Part shown: positions 47,074 through 57,407 of the stretch, one piece after another
How positions within the stretch are numbered: the first letter of the stretch is position 1
Layout of the letters: the number at the start of each line of letters is the position of its first letter
The notes under the pieces: generated by a model
What the model was told of the DNA's origin: nothing
Seen by the model: only the letters and a program-made list of their open reading frames with translations
Databases searched by the model: none
NCBI GenBank assembly: GCA_963842815.1
Contig: CAWJHU010000001.1
Location: 179,020-243,019 of the forward strand
Length of the DNA stretch: 64,000 nt
Direction of reading: 5' to 3'
Source of the DNA: Candidatus Nomurabacteria bacterium
GTDB taxonomy: Bacteria; Patescibacteriota; Minisyncoccia; Phycocordibacterales; UBA9973
Program-made: the position numbers and the translations under genes

Positions 47074-48648
47074 ATGATTAATAAAATAAAAAAACAAAAT
47101 ATGAATAAAAAATTTTTAGCGATATTTATTTTTGCGGTCGGAATTCTTTTTGCCAATAACGCTTTGGCAACTAACGGCGCCTGTGGTCCGGCTAATGGAA
47201 CGAACTCCTGCCTTGCCCCTACCAGCTATCTTTGTTCTGCCGGGACAGCTTCAGCAGTTTCCGGAAATGGTTCCTCATGGACTTGGGTTTGCACGGGTAA
47301 TAACTATGGAACCAATGCGTCGTGTTCAGCAAATGTAGTATGTCCAGTCAACGGCACTTGCTCATCCCCGGCTACTCACTATACTTGCGCTGCAGGCACA
47401 AGCACCAGTAATGCGGAAACTTCCAGTTCTTATACCTGGTCCTGCCAGAGTTCCAACGGTGGAACCACTGTATCCTGTACGGAAAGCAAACCGGCAGTCA
47501 ATGGCGCTTGCGGTTCGGCCAACGGACAAAGTTTTTCTTCTACTCCGTCTTCAAATCTTTGCAGTGCGGGTACAGCAACCGGCGTGACAAGCGGAACTAA
47601 TTGGACTTGGTCTTGCCAGGGTTCCAATTATGGAACCAATGCGTCCTGTACGGCGTACAAAACTACTTCCGCCATTACCAGCTCTATTACCGATGCCGGA
47701 GCTGTTTCCACTATTTCTACCAAAACAGTCTACACTGGAAATTCGGGTACCAGCAAATCAGTTGTTATCCCGTATATCAATAGTAATGATACTACCCATA
47801 GCCGAACATTTTATCTTTATAATAATTCCATTCTTCTCAATCAAAAAACTATCACGGCAAGCTGTAGTTCAACTGATTATTGGGATACTGTTTCCAAAAC
47901 ATGCCAGCCAAATACCAATAATAACGGATCCTGTTCAGCCACTCATTATAATTGTATTAAGGGGACAAGCGCTAATAACATAGAAGGAACTGACGCCTAC
48001 ACTTGGATTTGCGAAGGCGGTTCTGGCGGAACTGATGCGTATTGTTCCGAAAACAAAACCGCTCCTTCCGGCACGCTGTCCGTTACTTCCTGCACTATTC
48101 CAAATAACGCATCCACTTGCTCTGCAAAAGTTTCCTGGACCACCGCCAATTTAATTTCTGGCGCCGCCACGGCGGTAACCAGAGACAATCCCGCGAACAC
48201 TACTGTTTCTTCAGCAACCTCCGGCACCAATGTAAGCAATACTGTTAATTATGGGACGAGTAATTTTTACCTTTATCATAATGGAACAGAACTTGCTCAA
48301 GCCACCATTACCGCAAACTGTGTTTCAGGCAATTGGAATAACAGCAGCGGAAAATGCGTAGTTGCTTCTCCTCTTTCTCCGACTGCCGGCATTTTAGTCA
48401 GTCCTTCATCCATAGCCTCGGGCGGAAGCGCAACCGTTACTTGGACTTCAAGCAATACAAACTCTTGCACGGGTACCGGCTTTGATACGGGCGGAGCCAC
48501 TTCCGGCAGTGTTACGGTTAGTCCAACGGCAACCACCACCTATTCAATCGTTTGCGACAATGGAACAGTTCAGGCGTCCGATCAGGCGACGATAACCATA
48601 ACGGGGACAGGCACAGGGACTAAAAAACCGGGATATAAAGAAAATTAA
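47074..48648 (+). CDS. Cys-rich secreted surface protein with NGxC repeats
   Basis: Signal peptide, four NG(A/T/S)C...TWxC repeats, C-terminal Ig-like segment. Confidence 0.82.
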   Translation: MINKIKKQNMNKKFLAIFIFAVGILFANNALATNGACGPANGTNSCLAPTSYLCSAGTASAVSGNGSSWTWVCTGNNYGTNASCSANVVCPVNGTCSSPATHYTCAAGTSTSNAETSSSYTWSCQSSNGGTTVSCTESKPAVNGACGSANGQSFSSTPSSNLCSAGTATGVTSGTNWTWSCQGSNYGTNASCTAYKTTSAITSSITDAGAVSTISTKTVYTGNSGTSKSVVIPYINSNDTTHSRTFYLYNNSILLNQKTITASCSSTDYWDTVSKTCQPNTNNNGSCSATHYNCIKGTSANNIEGTDAYTWICEGGSGGTDAYCSENKTAPSGTLSVTSCTIPNNASTCSAKVSWTTANLISGAATAVTRDNPANTTVSSATSGTNVSNTVNYGTSNFYLYHNGTELAQATITANCVSGNWNNSSGKCVVASPLSPTAGILVSPSSIASGGSATVTWTSSNTNSCTGTGFDTGGATSGSVTVSPTATTTYSIVCDNGTVQASDQATITITGTGTGTKKPGYKEN

Positions 48649-48711
48649 ATTATTAATTAATAATTGGCAAAAAAATCTCCCATTTGGGGGATTTTTTGCT
48701 ATAATATTAAT

Positions 48712-50460
48712 ATGCAGATTGATAAAGAGCAGTTGAAAAAAGTTATTTTGGAATCGGGAATTATCTCACGCTCCGAACTGGATGAAGCAATTGAAAAAGC
48801 CGAAGCAAAAAAACAAAAGCTCAGCAATATTTTGTTGTCCGACGGAAAAATATCCGAAACCGATTTGAAGCGGATGGAAGCTTTTGTTTTGGAGATACCT
48901 TTTGTCAATTTAGTTAATAAAAAAATAGATTATGCCACCCTTTCTCTTATCCCCGAGCCCATTGCCAGGAATCACAATATTATTGCCTATAAAAAAAGCG
49001 AAACGGGATTGGAAGTGGCCATGCTGGATGTTGATGATTTGCCCATAATTGATTTTATCAAAAAACGCGCGGAAGAAAAAATTTTACCCCGATTGACTGA
49101 TGCAGATTCCATCAAGTTTGCCCTTACCCAGTACAGAAAAAGTTTGCAAGCGGATTTTGACAGTATTATTAAAAAAGAATCCGCTTCGCTTAAAACCGAT
49201 TCCAAAAACGAACCCGAAAAAACGGCGGAAGAATTGAAGGCCCTGGCGGAAGATTTGCCGGTCATTAAAATAGTGGATTCTTTGATTTCCCATGCCATTT
49301 TACAAAATACTTCCGACATTCATATTGAACCCGGAGAAAATGACTTGACCATAAGATACAGAATAGACGGCATCTTGCATGATGCCATGATTTTGGATAA
49401 AAGCGCCGCGCCCGGCATAACCACCCGCATAAAAGTGCTGGCCAATTTGAAACTGGATGAAAAAAGATTGCCCCAGGACGGCAGATTTAAAATAGAACAG
49501 AACGGAGAAAGAGTTTCTTTCCGTGTTTCCACCTTGCCCACTTTTTACGGCGAAAAAACTGTGGTCAGAATTCTGAAAGAAAACGCCCACGGCTTTTCTC
49601 TGGAGACGCTCGGTTTCCACGGCGAAGGATTGGAGCGAATTCATGATTCTTTGAAACAGAGAATCGGCATGGTACTGGCCACCGGGCCCACCGGAAGCGG
49701 AAAAACAACCACTCTTTATACCATGCTGGAAATTTTAAACAGGCCGGAAGTAAATATTTCTACAGTGGAAGACCCCATTGAATATCAAATGCCCAGAGTG
49801 AATCAAACCCAGGTAAAACCGGAAATTGGTCTCACTTTTGCCAATGGACTTCGCTCTCTTCTACGCCAGGACCCGGACATAATCATGGTTGGAGAAATTC
49901 GTGATGGCGAGACGGCTGGGTTGGCGGTAAATGCCTCGCTTACCGGGCATCTTGTTTTGTCCACCATCCATACCAACTCCGCTTCCGGAGCAATTCCGAG
50001 ATTGATAGATATGGGTGTTCTGCCGTTTTTGATAATTTCAACGGTGAAGACCATTATTGCCCAAAGATTGGTGCGAAGGCTTGTATCCAGCAAAGAAAAA
50101 TATTTCTTGTCGGCGGATGAGCTGAAAAATCTGGCAAAACTTGTTGACCTGGACCGAATGCTTCTGATGCTGAAGAATGAAAAAATTATCGGACCGGAAG
50201 ATACCTGGAAAACGGTCCCTTTCTATAAGCCGGTAAAAAATAACGAGTCTCCGGACGGCTATTCGGACCGCATCGGCATTCATGAAGTGCTGAAAGTGAC
50301 GGCTTCCATAAAGGAAATGATTATCCGCGGAAGTTCCCAGGATGAAATAGAAGTTCAGGCGAAAAAAGAGGGGATGATGACCATTTTGGAAGACGGAATT
50401 TTCCAATCGGTTTTAGGGAATACAAGTTTGGAGGAAGTGTTCAGGGTAGTTTCGGAGTAG
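48712..50460 (+). CDS. pilB: Type IV pilus assembly ATPase (GspE/PilB)
   Basis: SDIHIEP, RLPQDGR, GPTGSGKTTT, EDPIEY, LRQDPD, GEIRD. Confidence 0.93.
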   Translation: MQIDKEQLKKVILESGIISRSELDEAIEKAEAKKQKLSNILLSDGKISETDLKRMEAFVLEIPFVNLVNKKIDYATLSLIPEPIARNHNIIAYKKSETGLEVAMLDVDDLPIIDFIKKRAEEKILPRLTDADSIKFALTQYRKSLQADFDSIIKKESASLKTDSKNEPEKTAEELKALAEDLPVIKIVDSLISHAILQNTSDIHIEPGENDLTIRYRIDGILHDAMILDKSAAPGITTRIKVLANLKLDEKRLPQDGRFKIEQNGERVSFRVSTLPTFYGEKTVVRILKENAHGFSLETLGFHGEGLERIHDSLKQRIGMVLATGPTGSGKTTTLYTMLEILNRPEVNISTVEDPIEYQMPRVNQTQVKPEIGLTFANGLRSLLRQDPDIIMVGEIRDGETAGLAVNASLTGHLVLSTIHTNSASGAIPRLIDMGVLPFLIISTVKTIIAQRLVRRLVSSKEKYFLSADELKNLAKLVDLDRMLLMLKNEKIIGPEDTWKTVPFYKPVKNNESPDGYSDRIGIHEVLKVTASIKEMIIRGSSQDEIEVQAKKEGMMTILEDGIFQSVLGNTSLEEVFRVVSE

Positions 50461-50480
50461 CTTCGGAAATTTGAAACAAT

Positions 50481-51698
50481 ATGTTATTTTTATATAAAGC
50501 AAAATCAAAAAGCGGAGAAATTTTTGAAGGAACGATGGAATCAACGGACCGTTTTTCTCTTTCCCGGGAATTGAAATCCCGAGGAAATATTCCCATTTCC
50601 ATAACGGAGAAAAAAGACAATGCTTTTGATTTTTCAAAAATATGGGGGCGGTTTTTTTTAAAAGTAAAAATTGAGGAGCAAATTATTTTCACTAAAAATT
50701 TAAGCGGGATGCTCCGGGCCGGACTTTCTCTCTACAGAGCCTTGTCCGTTTTGAAAAAACAAACGAAAAATAAAGAATTCAACAAAGTTTTAACTTCGCT
50801 TTCCAATGAAATAAATGCCGGCGGGACGCTTTCTTCGGGGTTGGAAAAATTTCCGGATGTTTTTTCAAAACTTTTCGTTTCCATGTCCCGGGCCGGCGAG
50901 GAATCCGGCAATCTTTCCGATGCGCTTTCGGAAGTCGGTTCCAATTTGGAAAAAGCGCATTCGCTCACCAAAAAAATAAAAGGAGCGCTCATTTATCCGG
51001 GAGTAATTCTTTCGGCCATGGTTCTGATAGGGGTTTTGATGTTCGCCTTTGTGGTGCCCACCCTGGCCGGCACCTTTAAAGAACTCGGAGTGGACCTGCC
51101 GGCCTCCACGAAATTCATAATTTTCCTGGGAAACTTTTTTTCCCAATATTTAATTTTATCCTTTGCTCTCATTATCGGGTCTGTTCTGGGAATAGTTTCA
51201 CTTTTGCGGGCCGATTTTATGACTAAATATGTTGATTTTATAATTATCAGACTACCCATTGTGGGGAAAATATCCAAAGAATTGAACACTGCCCGCACCA
51301 CCCGCACCATGTCTTCGCTCTTGCTGTCCGGTGTTTCCATTACTCGGGCCATAGAAATAACCGGAGATGTGGTGCAAAATATTTATTATAAAAAAGTTTT
51401 ACAGCAAGCCAAAGAAGAAATAGAAAAAGGGGCGCCCTTTTCCAAAGCTTTTGAAGAACATCCGAATCTTTTTCCCATAATGATGACGGAGATGATTCAG
51501 GTGGGAGAAGAAACCGGGAAATTGTCGGACATGCTGGTTCAGGTTGCTTCTTTTTATGAGGAGGAAATAGAAAATAAAACCAAAAATCTTTCCATAGTTA
51601 TTGAACCGGTGCTGATGATTTTTATCGGCGCCGCTGTGGGCTTTTTCGCCATCTCCATGATTTCGCCTTTGTACTCGGTGATGGACAATATAAAATAA
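50481..51698 (+). CDS. pilC: Type IV pilus platform protein (GspF/PilC)
   Basis: AGEESGNL, ALIYP, GEETGKL, IEP. Confidence 0.93.
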   Translation: MLFLYKAKSKSGEIFEGTMESTDRFSLSRELKSRGNIPISITEKKDNAFDFSKIWGRFFLKVKIEEQIIFTKNLSGMLRAGLSLYRALSVLKKQTKNKEFNKVLTSLSNEINAGGTLSSGLEKFPDVFSKLFVSMSRAGEESGNLSDALSEVGSNLEKAHSLTKKIKGALIYPGVILSAMVLIGVLMFAFVVPTLAGTFKELGVDLPASTKFIIFLGNFFSQYLILSFALIIGSVLGIVSLLRADFMTKYVDFIIIRLPIVGKISKELNTARTTRTMSSLLLSGVSITRAIEITGDVVQNIYYKKVLQQAKEEIEKGAPFSKAFEEHPNLFPIMMTEMIQVGEETGKLSDMLVQVASFYEEEIENKTKNLSIVIEPVLMIFIGAAVGFFAISMISPLYSVMDNIK

Positions 51699-51701
51699 TT
51701 T

Positions 51702-51740
51702 CCCGCCTGCATTAGCTATGCTAAAAGCATTGCGGACAGG
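51702..51740. repeat. Small GC-rich palindromic element between convergent genes
   Basis: cccgcctgca...tgcggacagg imperfect IR. Confidence 0.45.
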
Positions 51741-51741
51741 T

Positions 51742-53172
51742 TTAATTTTTCACTTCCTGCCAGGAGAGGATTTGATAGTTATCGGAAGTCAGAGGGAAAC
51801 TCGGCGGAGGAGCGTAAAGCATATTGGCATCATAGGAAATATTTCTGGTTGTATAACCGGTTCCATCTGTGTAGGCAAAGCCATATCTGTCGTGGGAAGC
51901 AATCATTCCATAAAGAGAAATAGTGGAACGATTTTGATAAACGCAGTTGTCTCCCGAATAATAAGGTCTTCCCACCTGGTCGTTCTGGGCGATGAGAGCA
52001 GCGTCTATTTTTAAATTATTATCACTTGCCATTCCCACTAGCACTCCTCCTTGTCCGATTAATCCTATGGAATCCGTGCCGTCATAATTGCTGTAGGAAA
52101 GGTCATCATTCACTATAATATTTTTAAATTTTGACATGTCCGTAGGCACCGGCAAATCGGCAGCGGTGATTGTCAGACGGGCGCCATTTATTTGGCCGTC
52201 AACCACCACATGGTCCTCTATAAAAATTATTCCATTGGGAGGGAAAGCATAATTTCCCTGAAGTGTTTGCGTGCCGACGCTCCAGCTTACACTTGTTCCG
52301 GAACAATTTCCCAAATTGGCCCAGGAATTTATTTTGTATAAATCAAAAGTGCCGTCTGTTTTTAAAACTATATGATAGCCGACATATCCGGTTCCGGCTA
52401 CGTCTCTGTAAAATCCGCTTGACTGGGCGCTGGATTTCAGGGTGGCCAAATCCGTGGTAAAACCCGAGAAATCAATAGTAGGCTGGCTTATTAAACGTCC
52501 AGCTTGAAAAACATCCGTCCGGGAAGGCAAAGTTGCCGGGGGAGATGGGTCGGCCGGCGAGATGCAAGTATGAACGCCGTAGGAATTTCCGGTGCAAGCA
52601 TCGCTATCGGTATCCGTATAACTGGTTACACCGCTGGTAATAATATTATGAGCCAATCCGTCAAAACGAATGCCTCCATTTGAACTGATAGGTCCGAAAA
52701 TTTCCGTACCCTGGCCGAAGCGCATATTGGAATTTCCAGCAAAAGCGTATTTGGCGATGGATGGCTTGGCCACTTTGCTTTCTATTTTTCTTAAGGCCGA
52801 AGAGTCTGCCAAAGTAAGGCCGGTGGATTTTATTTTAACTAAAGTTGACCCGGTGGTTGGAGCCGTGATGTCCAGGGAAAATTGTCCGATAGTCGTTCCA
52901 TTTTTATCTTTCATCAAATGCACATAGAGTCCCGCTATTCCTGTTCCATCTTTGAAATCCGTCGGAGCATGGGCTAAATGCCAGCGATAATAATCTATTC
53001 CGGCTTCGGCTGTTTGGAAGGATTGTTCCCGATAAAAAGTTTCTCGTCCGCTTTTTATGGAGATGGCTGCCCAGCCGGCCAGGGCCGCAATTATGCAGAT
53101 GGCCACCGCGCCGAAAACCAGCACATAGATTATGAGAATTCCCTTATTTTTTTGGCTGTTTCTTTTCTTCAT
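51742..53172 (-). CDS. PilX-like minor pilin/tip protein
   Basis: KG-ILIYVLV hydrophobic N-helix, AEAGI. Confidence 0.75.
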   Translation of the reverse strand: MKKRNSQKNKGILIIYVLVFGAVAICIIAALAGWAAISIKSGRETFYREQSFQTAEAGIDYYRWHLAHAPTDFKDGTGIAGLYVHLMKDKNGTTIGQFSLDITAPTTGSTLVKIKSTGLTLADSSALRKIESKVAKPSIAKYAFAGNSNMRFGQGTEIFGPISSNGGIRFDGLAHNIITSGVTSYTDTDSDACTGNSYGVHTCISPADPSPPATLPSRTDVFQAGRLISQPTIDFSGFTTDLATLKSSAQSSGFYRDVAGTGYVGYHIVLKTDGTFDLYKINSWANLGNCSGTSVSWSVGTQTLQGNYAFPPNGIIFIEDHVVVDGQINGARLTITAADLPVPTDMSKFKNIIVNDDLSYSNYDGTDSIGLIGQGGVLVGMASDNNLKIDAALIAQNDQVGRPYYSGDNCVYQNRSTISLYGMIASHDRYGFAYTDGTGYTTRNISYDANMLYAPPPSFPLTSDNYQILSWQEVKN

Positions 53173-53789
53173 AAATTATCTTTCAAATTTCTTATGGAAA
53201 CCTGGGTGGTCATGGTTTCCGGCGAAGGCGGTTTGTTGGGGTCTTTATCTGTGACAATTGTTATTTTTATAAGGCGAACAACCGGGATGTTTATCGGAGA
53301 AGAAAGAGGAGAAGTATTCCCGTCGTAATTTTCATCGTAGTAATTAAAAATTGCGCTGTTGGTAACATAGGGAACAATGACGCTTATAATTTCATTGGAA
53401 GAATTATAGGAGAGTGGACTGCCGGTTGGTTTTACCACTCCTTTCTTGAGAGAGCCGTTATCAAGAAAATATCTTACCCTTTCTCTTAGCCCATCGTTGT
53501 TTATGTCCGAATAAAAAGAAAAGGTTGTGGCGTTTGCTTGATTGATGGTATAAGCTCCGGTGTCGGCCGGTCCGGCTGTTCGTATTTCCGCTGTCATTGT
53601 TTTCAGAGCCGTTCTCCCGGCGTCAATATCTCCCAAACCATTTGAAATAAATGTACTATATTGAAAAATATTTTTTGCAAAAAGAGTAGCTGCGATCATC
53701 ACCAATATTAAAATTGAAATGGAAAAAAGAATTTCAATAAGGGTAAACCCGAAATTTTTTCTTATTTTATTTTTTTTATCAGTTTTCAT
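53169..53789 (-). CDS. Prepilin (PilW-like)
   Basis: GFTLIE. Confidence 0.85.
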   Translation of the reverse strand: MKTDKKNKIRKNFGFTLIEILFSISILILVMIAATLFAKNIFQYSTFISNGLGDIDAGRTALKTMTAEIRTAGPADTGAYTINQANATTFSFYSDINNDGLRERVRYFLDNGSLKKGVVKPTGSPLSYNSSNEIISVIVPYVTNSAIFNYYDENYDGNTSPLSSPINIPVVRLIKITIVTDKDPNKPPSPETMTTQVSIRNLKDNL

Positions 53790-53792
53790 AAT

Positions 53793-55133
53793 TTATTGGG
53801 GCGTCAGGGTTATGCTTTTTTGTTGCCAGCCCGGAGAAGAAGAGGAAAGACTGATGGAACTGGTGGAAGTTTGATAGCCTGTTTTTGAAACAGTCAGGGT
53901 ATAATTTCCCGTGCCCAGCCCGTTCCAAAATGCTTGGCCCGGAGCCGAACATCCCGTGGAAGAGGTAGTTTTGGTTTGGTCAAAACCGGATTTTTGCAGG
54001 CGAATAGTTGTTCCATCGGCTATGGCTGCCCCGGTGGAAGTTTTTACGGAAACCAAAAGCGCTCTGTTTGAATGTGCCACCGTCATAAATTGAACTGATT
54101 TATTTTCACCCGGATTAATAGGAAACGAACTGACGGGCATCGTTCCGGCTACATCATAGGTGCTTCCGGAAGGGGAAATTGAATAGGAATCCCATTCCAA
54201 ATTGGGAATAGTTTTTTGGCCCGTGCTATCCGTGGTAAATGTTTGAGAATATTTTAATACCGAAGGCGTGCCTATTAATTTTGCTCCCGATAGGGTAAAT
54301 GGAATACTTGGCAAGACAAGGCAAGTATTATCCACGCTTGAAACATTTAAAGAACCAAGAGTGTCTATGGCAAAAGTAATTTGAGTAACTTGCCTGGTTG
54401 CGACGGTTGAATCCGGCTTGACCGGACTTGAACCGGCTACTCCGCCAACCGGATATGTTTGATCTTGAGAATATCCAGATTTTGTTACCGTAATATTGTA
54501 AGCTTTCGTTCCCGGAATAGCGTCAATTATTTTTAGCCATCCGTCATTGTCCGTTATTTCATCTATTATGGTATCCGGATTTGTATTGGTGTTCACAATG
54601 TGAACGGAAGCCTGTGGAACCGGAGCCCCTGCGGCATTAAAAGCTCTGATAAACAATGCTCCGTTGCTGGAAACGCTTTCAAGGGCGCGCGGAGCAACCA
54701 AAGTTGTAAAATTTAACATTGAAGAATATTTGCAATTTGAACAGGAAATATCCAAGTCCACCATTTTATAGTCAGCCGGGGAAAGGTCGTTCGGGGTTCC
54801 GCCGAGAGTTCCGTCAAAGGGGTCGTCAATGCTTCTGATGGACGTTAAAATGGTAAAAGAATAATTGTCTCTTGTAATGTTTTCGGTTCTGGCGATTTTT
54901 CCGGCTGGCAATCCGCCCAGAATCCCCACGTCGTCGTAGGATAAATTGCGGATAATTTCAAATTTTTCATTGGCGATGGAGGTGGCGACAATTTTTGCCC
55001 GAGATACCGAGACGCCGTCCATCAGCACTCCGAAAGATTTAAAGGCAGCCAGCGCCACCAGAAGAAATACCGCAGTGCCCACCAGGGTTTCAACCAAAGT
55101 AAACCCTCTTTTTTGTTTTTTAGAAAAATTCAT
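53793..55133 (-). CDS. Prepilin (PilV-like) with carboxypeptidase-regulatory-like beta domains
   Basis: GFTLVE; YNITVTKSGY, YTLTVSKTGY. Confidence 0.85.
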   Translation of the reverse strand: MNFSKKQKRGFTLVETLVGTAVFLLVALAAFKSFGVLMDGVSVSRAKIVATSIANEKFEIIRNLSYDDVGILGGLPAGKIARTENITRDNYSFTILTSIRSIDDPFDGTLGGTPNDLSPADYKMVDLDISCSNCKYSSMLNFTTLVAPRALESVSSNGALFIRAFNAAGAPVPQASVHIVNTNTNPDTIIDEITDNDGWLKIIDAIPGTKAYNITVTKSGYSQDQTYPVGGVAGSSPVKPDSTVATRQVTQITFAIDTLGSLNVSSVDNTCLVLPSIPFTLSGAKLIGTPSVLKYSQTFTTDSTGQKTIPNLEWDSYSISPSGSTYDVAGTMPVSSFPINPGENKSVQFMTVAHSNRALLVSVKTSTGAAIADGTTIRLQKSGFDQTKTTSSTGCSAPGQAFWNGLGTGNYTLTVSKTGYQTSTSSISLSSSSPGWQQKSITLTPQ

Positions 55134-55175
55134 AGCCGATTATATTTTAGCAAATTATGATATACTTTACTATGT

Positions 55176-55940
55176 ATGAAAAGAAGCAAAATAATTATAG
55201 GCAATTGGAAAATGAACCCGCTTTCTTTAAAAGAAGCGGAAAAATTGTTTACCGGCACGGCAAAATCCGCCTCTTCCATAAAAACAGCGAAAATCGTGAT
55301 TTGTCCGCCGTCTTTATATTTGGAAAAGTTGAAAAAATTATCCAGAAAGATATCTTTGGGCGGGCAGAATGTTTTTTGGGGAGATGTGGGCGCCCAAACC
55401 GGAGAAATATCCGGAGAAATGCTTTACGATATCGGAGCAAGATACGTGATAGTGGGTCATTCTGAACGTCGCGCCAGAGGAGAAAATAATAATGAGGTGA
55501 ATAAAAAAGTGAAAGCCTCAATCGGTACTGGACTGGTACCTATTCTCTGCCTGGGAGAGAGTGTTCGAGATGAAAATCACGAATATCTGAATTTTATAAA
55601 AATGCAGATAGAAGAATGTTTGAACGGAGTTCCCAAAGATTCCATTTCAAAAGTTATTGTTGCCTATGAACCGGTCTGGGCCATCGGCAAAGGAGCCCAC
55701 CCAGCAACCTCGGAAGAATTTCGGGAGATAAATATCTTTATCAGAAAAATTTTAAGCGATAAATTCGGTGTGAAAGCGGTTGGAAACATTAAAATAATCT
55801 ACGGCGGGTCGGTGGATGAAAAAAATACGGAGGAATTTATCAAAGAAGGCCAGGCCGACGGTTTTTTGGTGGGCAGAGTAAGCCTGAATCCGAAAAAGTT
55901 TGCGGAGATTATAAAAATATGCGAAGCATTGAGCAAATAA
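55176..55940 (+). CDS. tpiA: Triosephosphate isomerase
   Basis: GNWKMN, GHSERR, AYEPVWAIG, YGGSV. Confidence 0.96.
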   Translation: MKRSKIIIGNWKMNPLSLKEAEKLFTGTAKSASSIKTAKIVICPPSLYLEKLKKLSRKISLGGQNVFWGDVGAQTGEISGEMLYDIGARYVIVGHSERRARGENNNEVNKKVKASIGTGLVPILCLGESVRDENHEYLNFIKMQIEECLNGVPKDSISKVIVAYEPVWAIGKGAHPATSEEFREINIFIRKILSDKFGVKAVGNIKIIYGGSVDEKNTEEFIKEGQADGFLVGRVSLNPKKFAEIIKICEALSK

Positions 55941-56983
55941 AAAATTTAAAAGGGAAAATTGCCTTGGTTAGAGTGGATTTCAATGTGCCCATTAAAAATG
56001 GGCGAGTTTTGGATGATTTCAGAATCAGAAAAGCCCTGCCGACAGTTAAATTTCTAGAAAAAAAAGGCGCGAAAATAATTTTGATTACGCATTTGGGAGA
56101 AGACGGCAGTAAAAGTCTTGAACCGGTTATCAAACATTTCTTTAAAATTTTCAAATGCTCAAAATCGCAGGTTGGTTTTTTGCCGAATATCAGAAAATTC
56201 CCCGGGGAAATGAAAAATGACCCGAATTTCGCCAAAAAACTTTCAAAATTGGGCGACATTTATGTAAATGAAGCTTTTTCGGTTTCCCATCGCGCCCATG
56301 CTTCGATAGTTGAGTTGCCAAAATATCTGCCTAGCTATGCAGGTTTACAATTTGAACAGGAAATAAAAAATTTGTCTCAAGTTTTTAAAAAACCAAAACG
56401 CCCCTTTCTTTTTATTTTGGGAGGAGCCAAATTTTCCACTAAAATGCCTTTGATAAAAAAATATTTGAGATTGGCAGACCAGGTTTTTATCGGCGGAGCT
56501 TTAGCGAACGATTTTCTGAAAGCCAAAGGCTGTGAAATAGGGCAGTCTCTCACAGATAATACGAATTATAATTTTAAAGAAATTCTTAAAAACAAAAAAT
56601 TGGTTTTGCCGATAGATGTTCTTGTGAAATCGGGCAATAAATTAATGAACAAAGAAGCAAATAAAGTTAAAAAAGACGAAATTATTTTGGATATGGGGAA
56701 TAAAACGGTGAAAATTCTGGAACAATTGGTTAAAAAATCAAAACTCATTCTTTGGAATGGACCATTGGGCAAATATGAATCCGGAGGGGCAAAAGCAACT
56801 GAAAAAATATTAAAATCAGTGGCAAAAGCAAAAACAGAAAGTATCATTGGCGGAGGAGATATTGTTTCTATGGTATCAAAAATGAAAATGGAGAAAAAAT
56901 TCTCTTTTGTTTCCACCGGCGGCGGGGCCACCTTGGATTTTCTGGCGAATGGTACCTTGCCGGGAATTAAAGCGCTGAAATAA
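55919..56983 (+). CDS. pgk: Phosphoglycerate kinase
   Basis: RVDFNVP, HRAHAS, LGGAK, WNGPLG, STGGGA. Confidence 0.95.
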   Translation: MRSIEQIKNLKGKIALVRVDFNVPIKNGRVLDDFRIRKALPTVKFLEKKGAKIILITHLGEDGSKSLEPVIKHFFKIFKCSKSQVGFLPNIRKFPGEMKNDPNFAKKLSKLGDIYVNEAFSVSHRAHASIVELPKYLPSYAGLQFEQEIKNLSQVFKKPKRPFLFILGGAKFSTKMPLIKKYLRLADQVFIGGALANDFLKAKGCEIGQSLTDNTNYNFKEILKNKKLVLPIDVLVKSGNKLMNKEANKVKKDEIILDMGNKTVKILEQLVKKSKLILWNGPLGKYESGGAKATEKILKSVAKAKTESIIGGGDIVSMVSKMKMEKKFSFVSTGGGATLDFLANGTLPGIKALK

Positions 56984-57371
56984 TTTTTTTTGCTGTTTCT
57001 TTTATTTCTCCGTCTTTAGGTTTTCTTCCGGGCCAAAGGGGCAGAGCGTCTCCTTTAAGTCTTGGTATAACGTGTATGTGCAAATGAAAAATTACTTGTC
57101 CGGCATCTTTGTCGTTGTTCATCGTTACGTTCACTCCGTCCGCGCCGATTTTTTTTAAAGCAATACTTACCTTTTGAGCGATTTTCATAATGTAGGCAAG
57201 CGTATTTTCATCCACATCGTAAATATTATTGAAATGTTTTTTCGGCACAATCAAAGTATGGCCCAAATTAACCGGATTAATATCCAAAAAAGCGAGAGCT
57301 ATCTCGTCTTCATAAATTTTTTCTGAAGGTATTTCACCCTTTGCGATTTTGCAAAAAATACAGTTTTCCAT
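56967..57371 (-). CDS. HIT-family protein
   Basis: CIFC, HLHIH. Confidence 0.92.
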   Translation of the reverse strand: MENCIFCKIAKGEIPSEKIYEDEIALAFLDINPVNLGHTLIVPKKHFNNIYDVDENTLAYIMKIAQKVSIALKKIGADGVNVTMNNDKDAGQVIFHLHIHVIPRLKGDALPLWPGRKPKDGEIKETAKKIISAL

Positions 57372-57407
57372 TCTGATATTGTATCAAATTATGCTAAAAT
57401 TTGCTCT

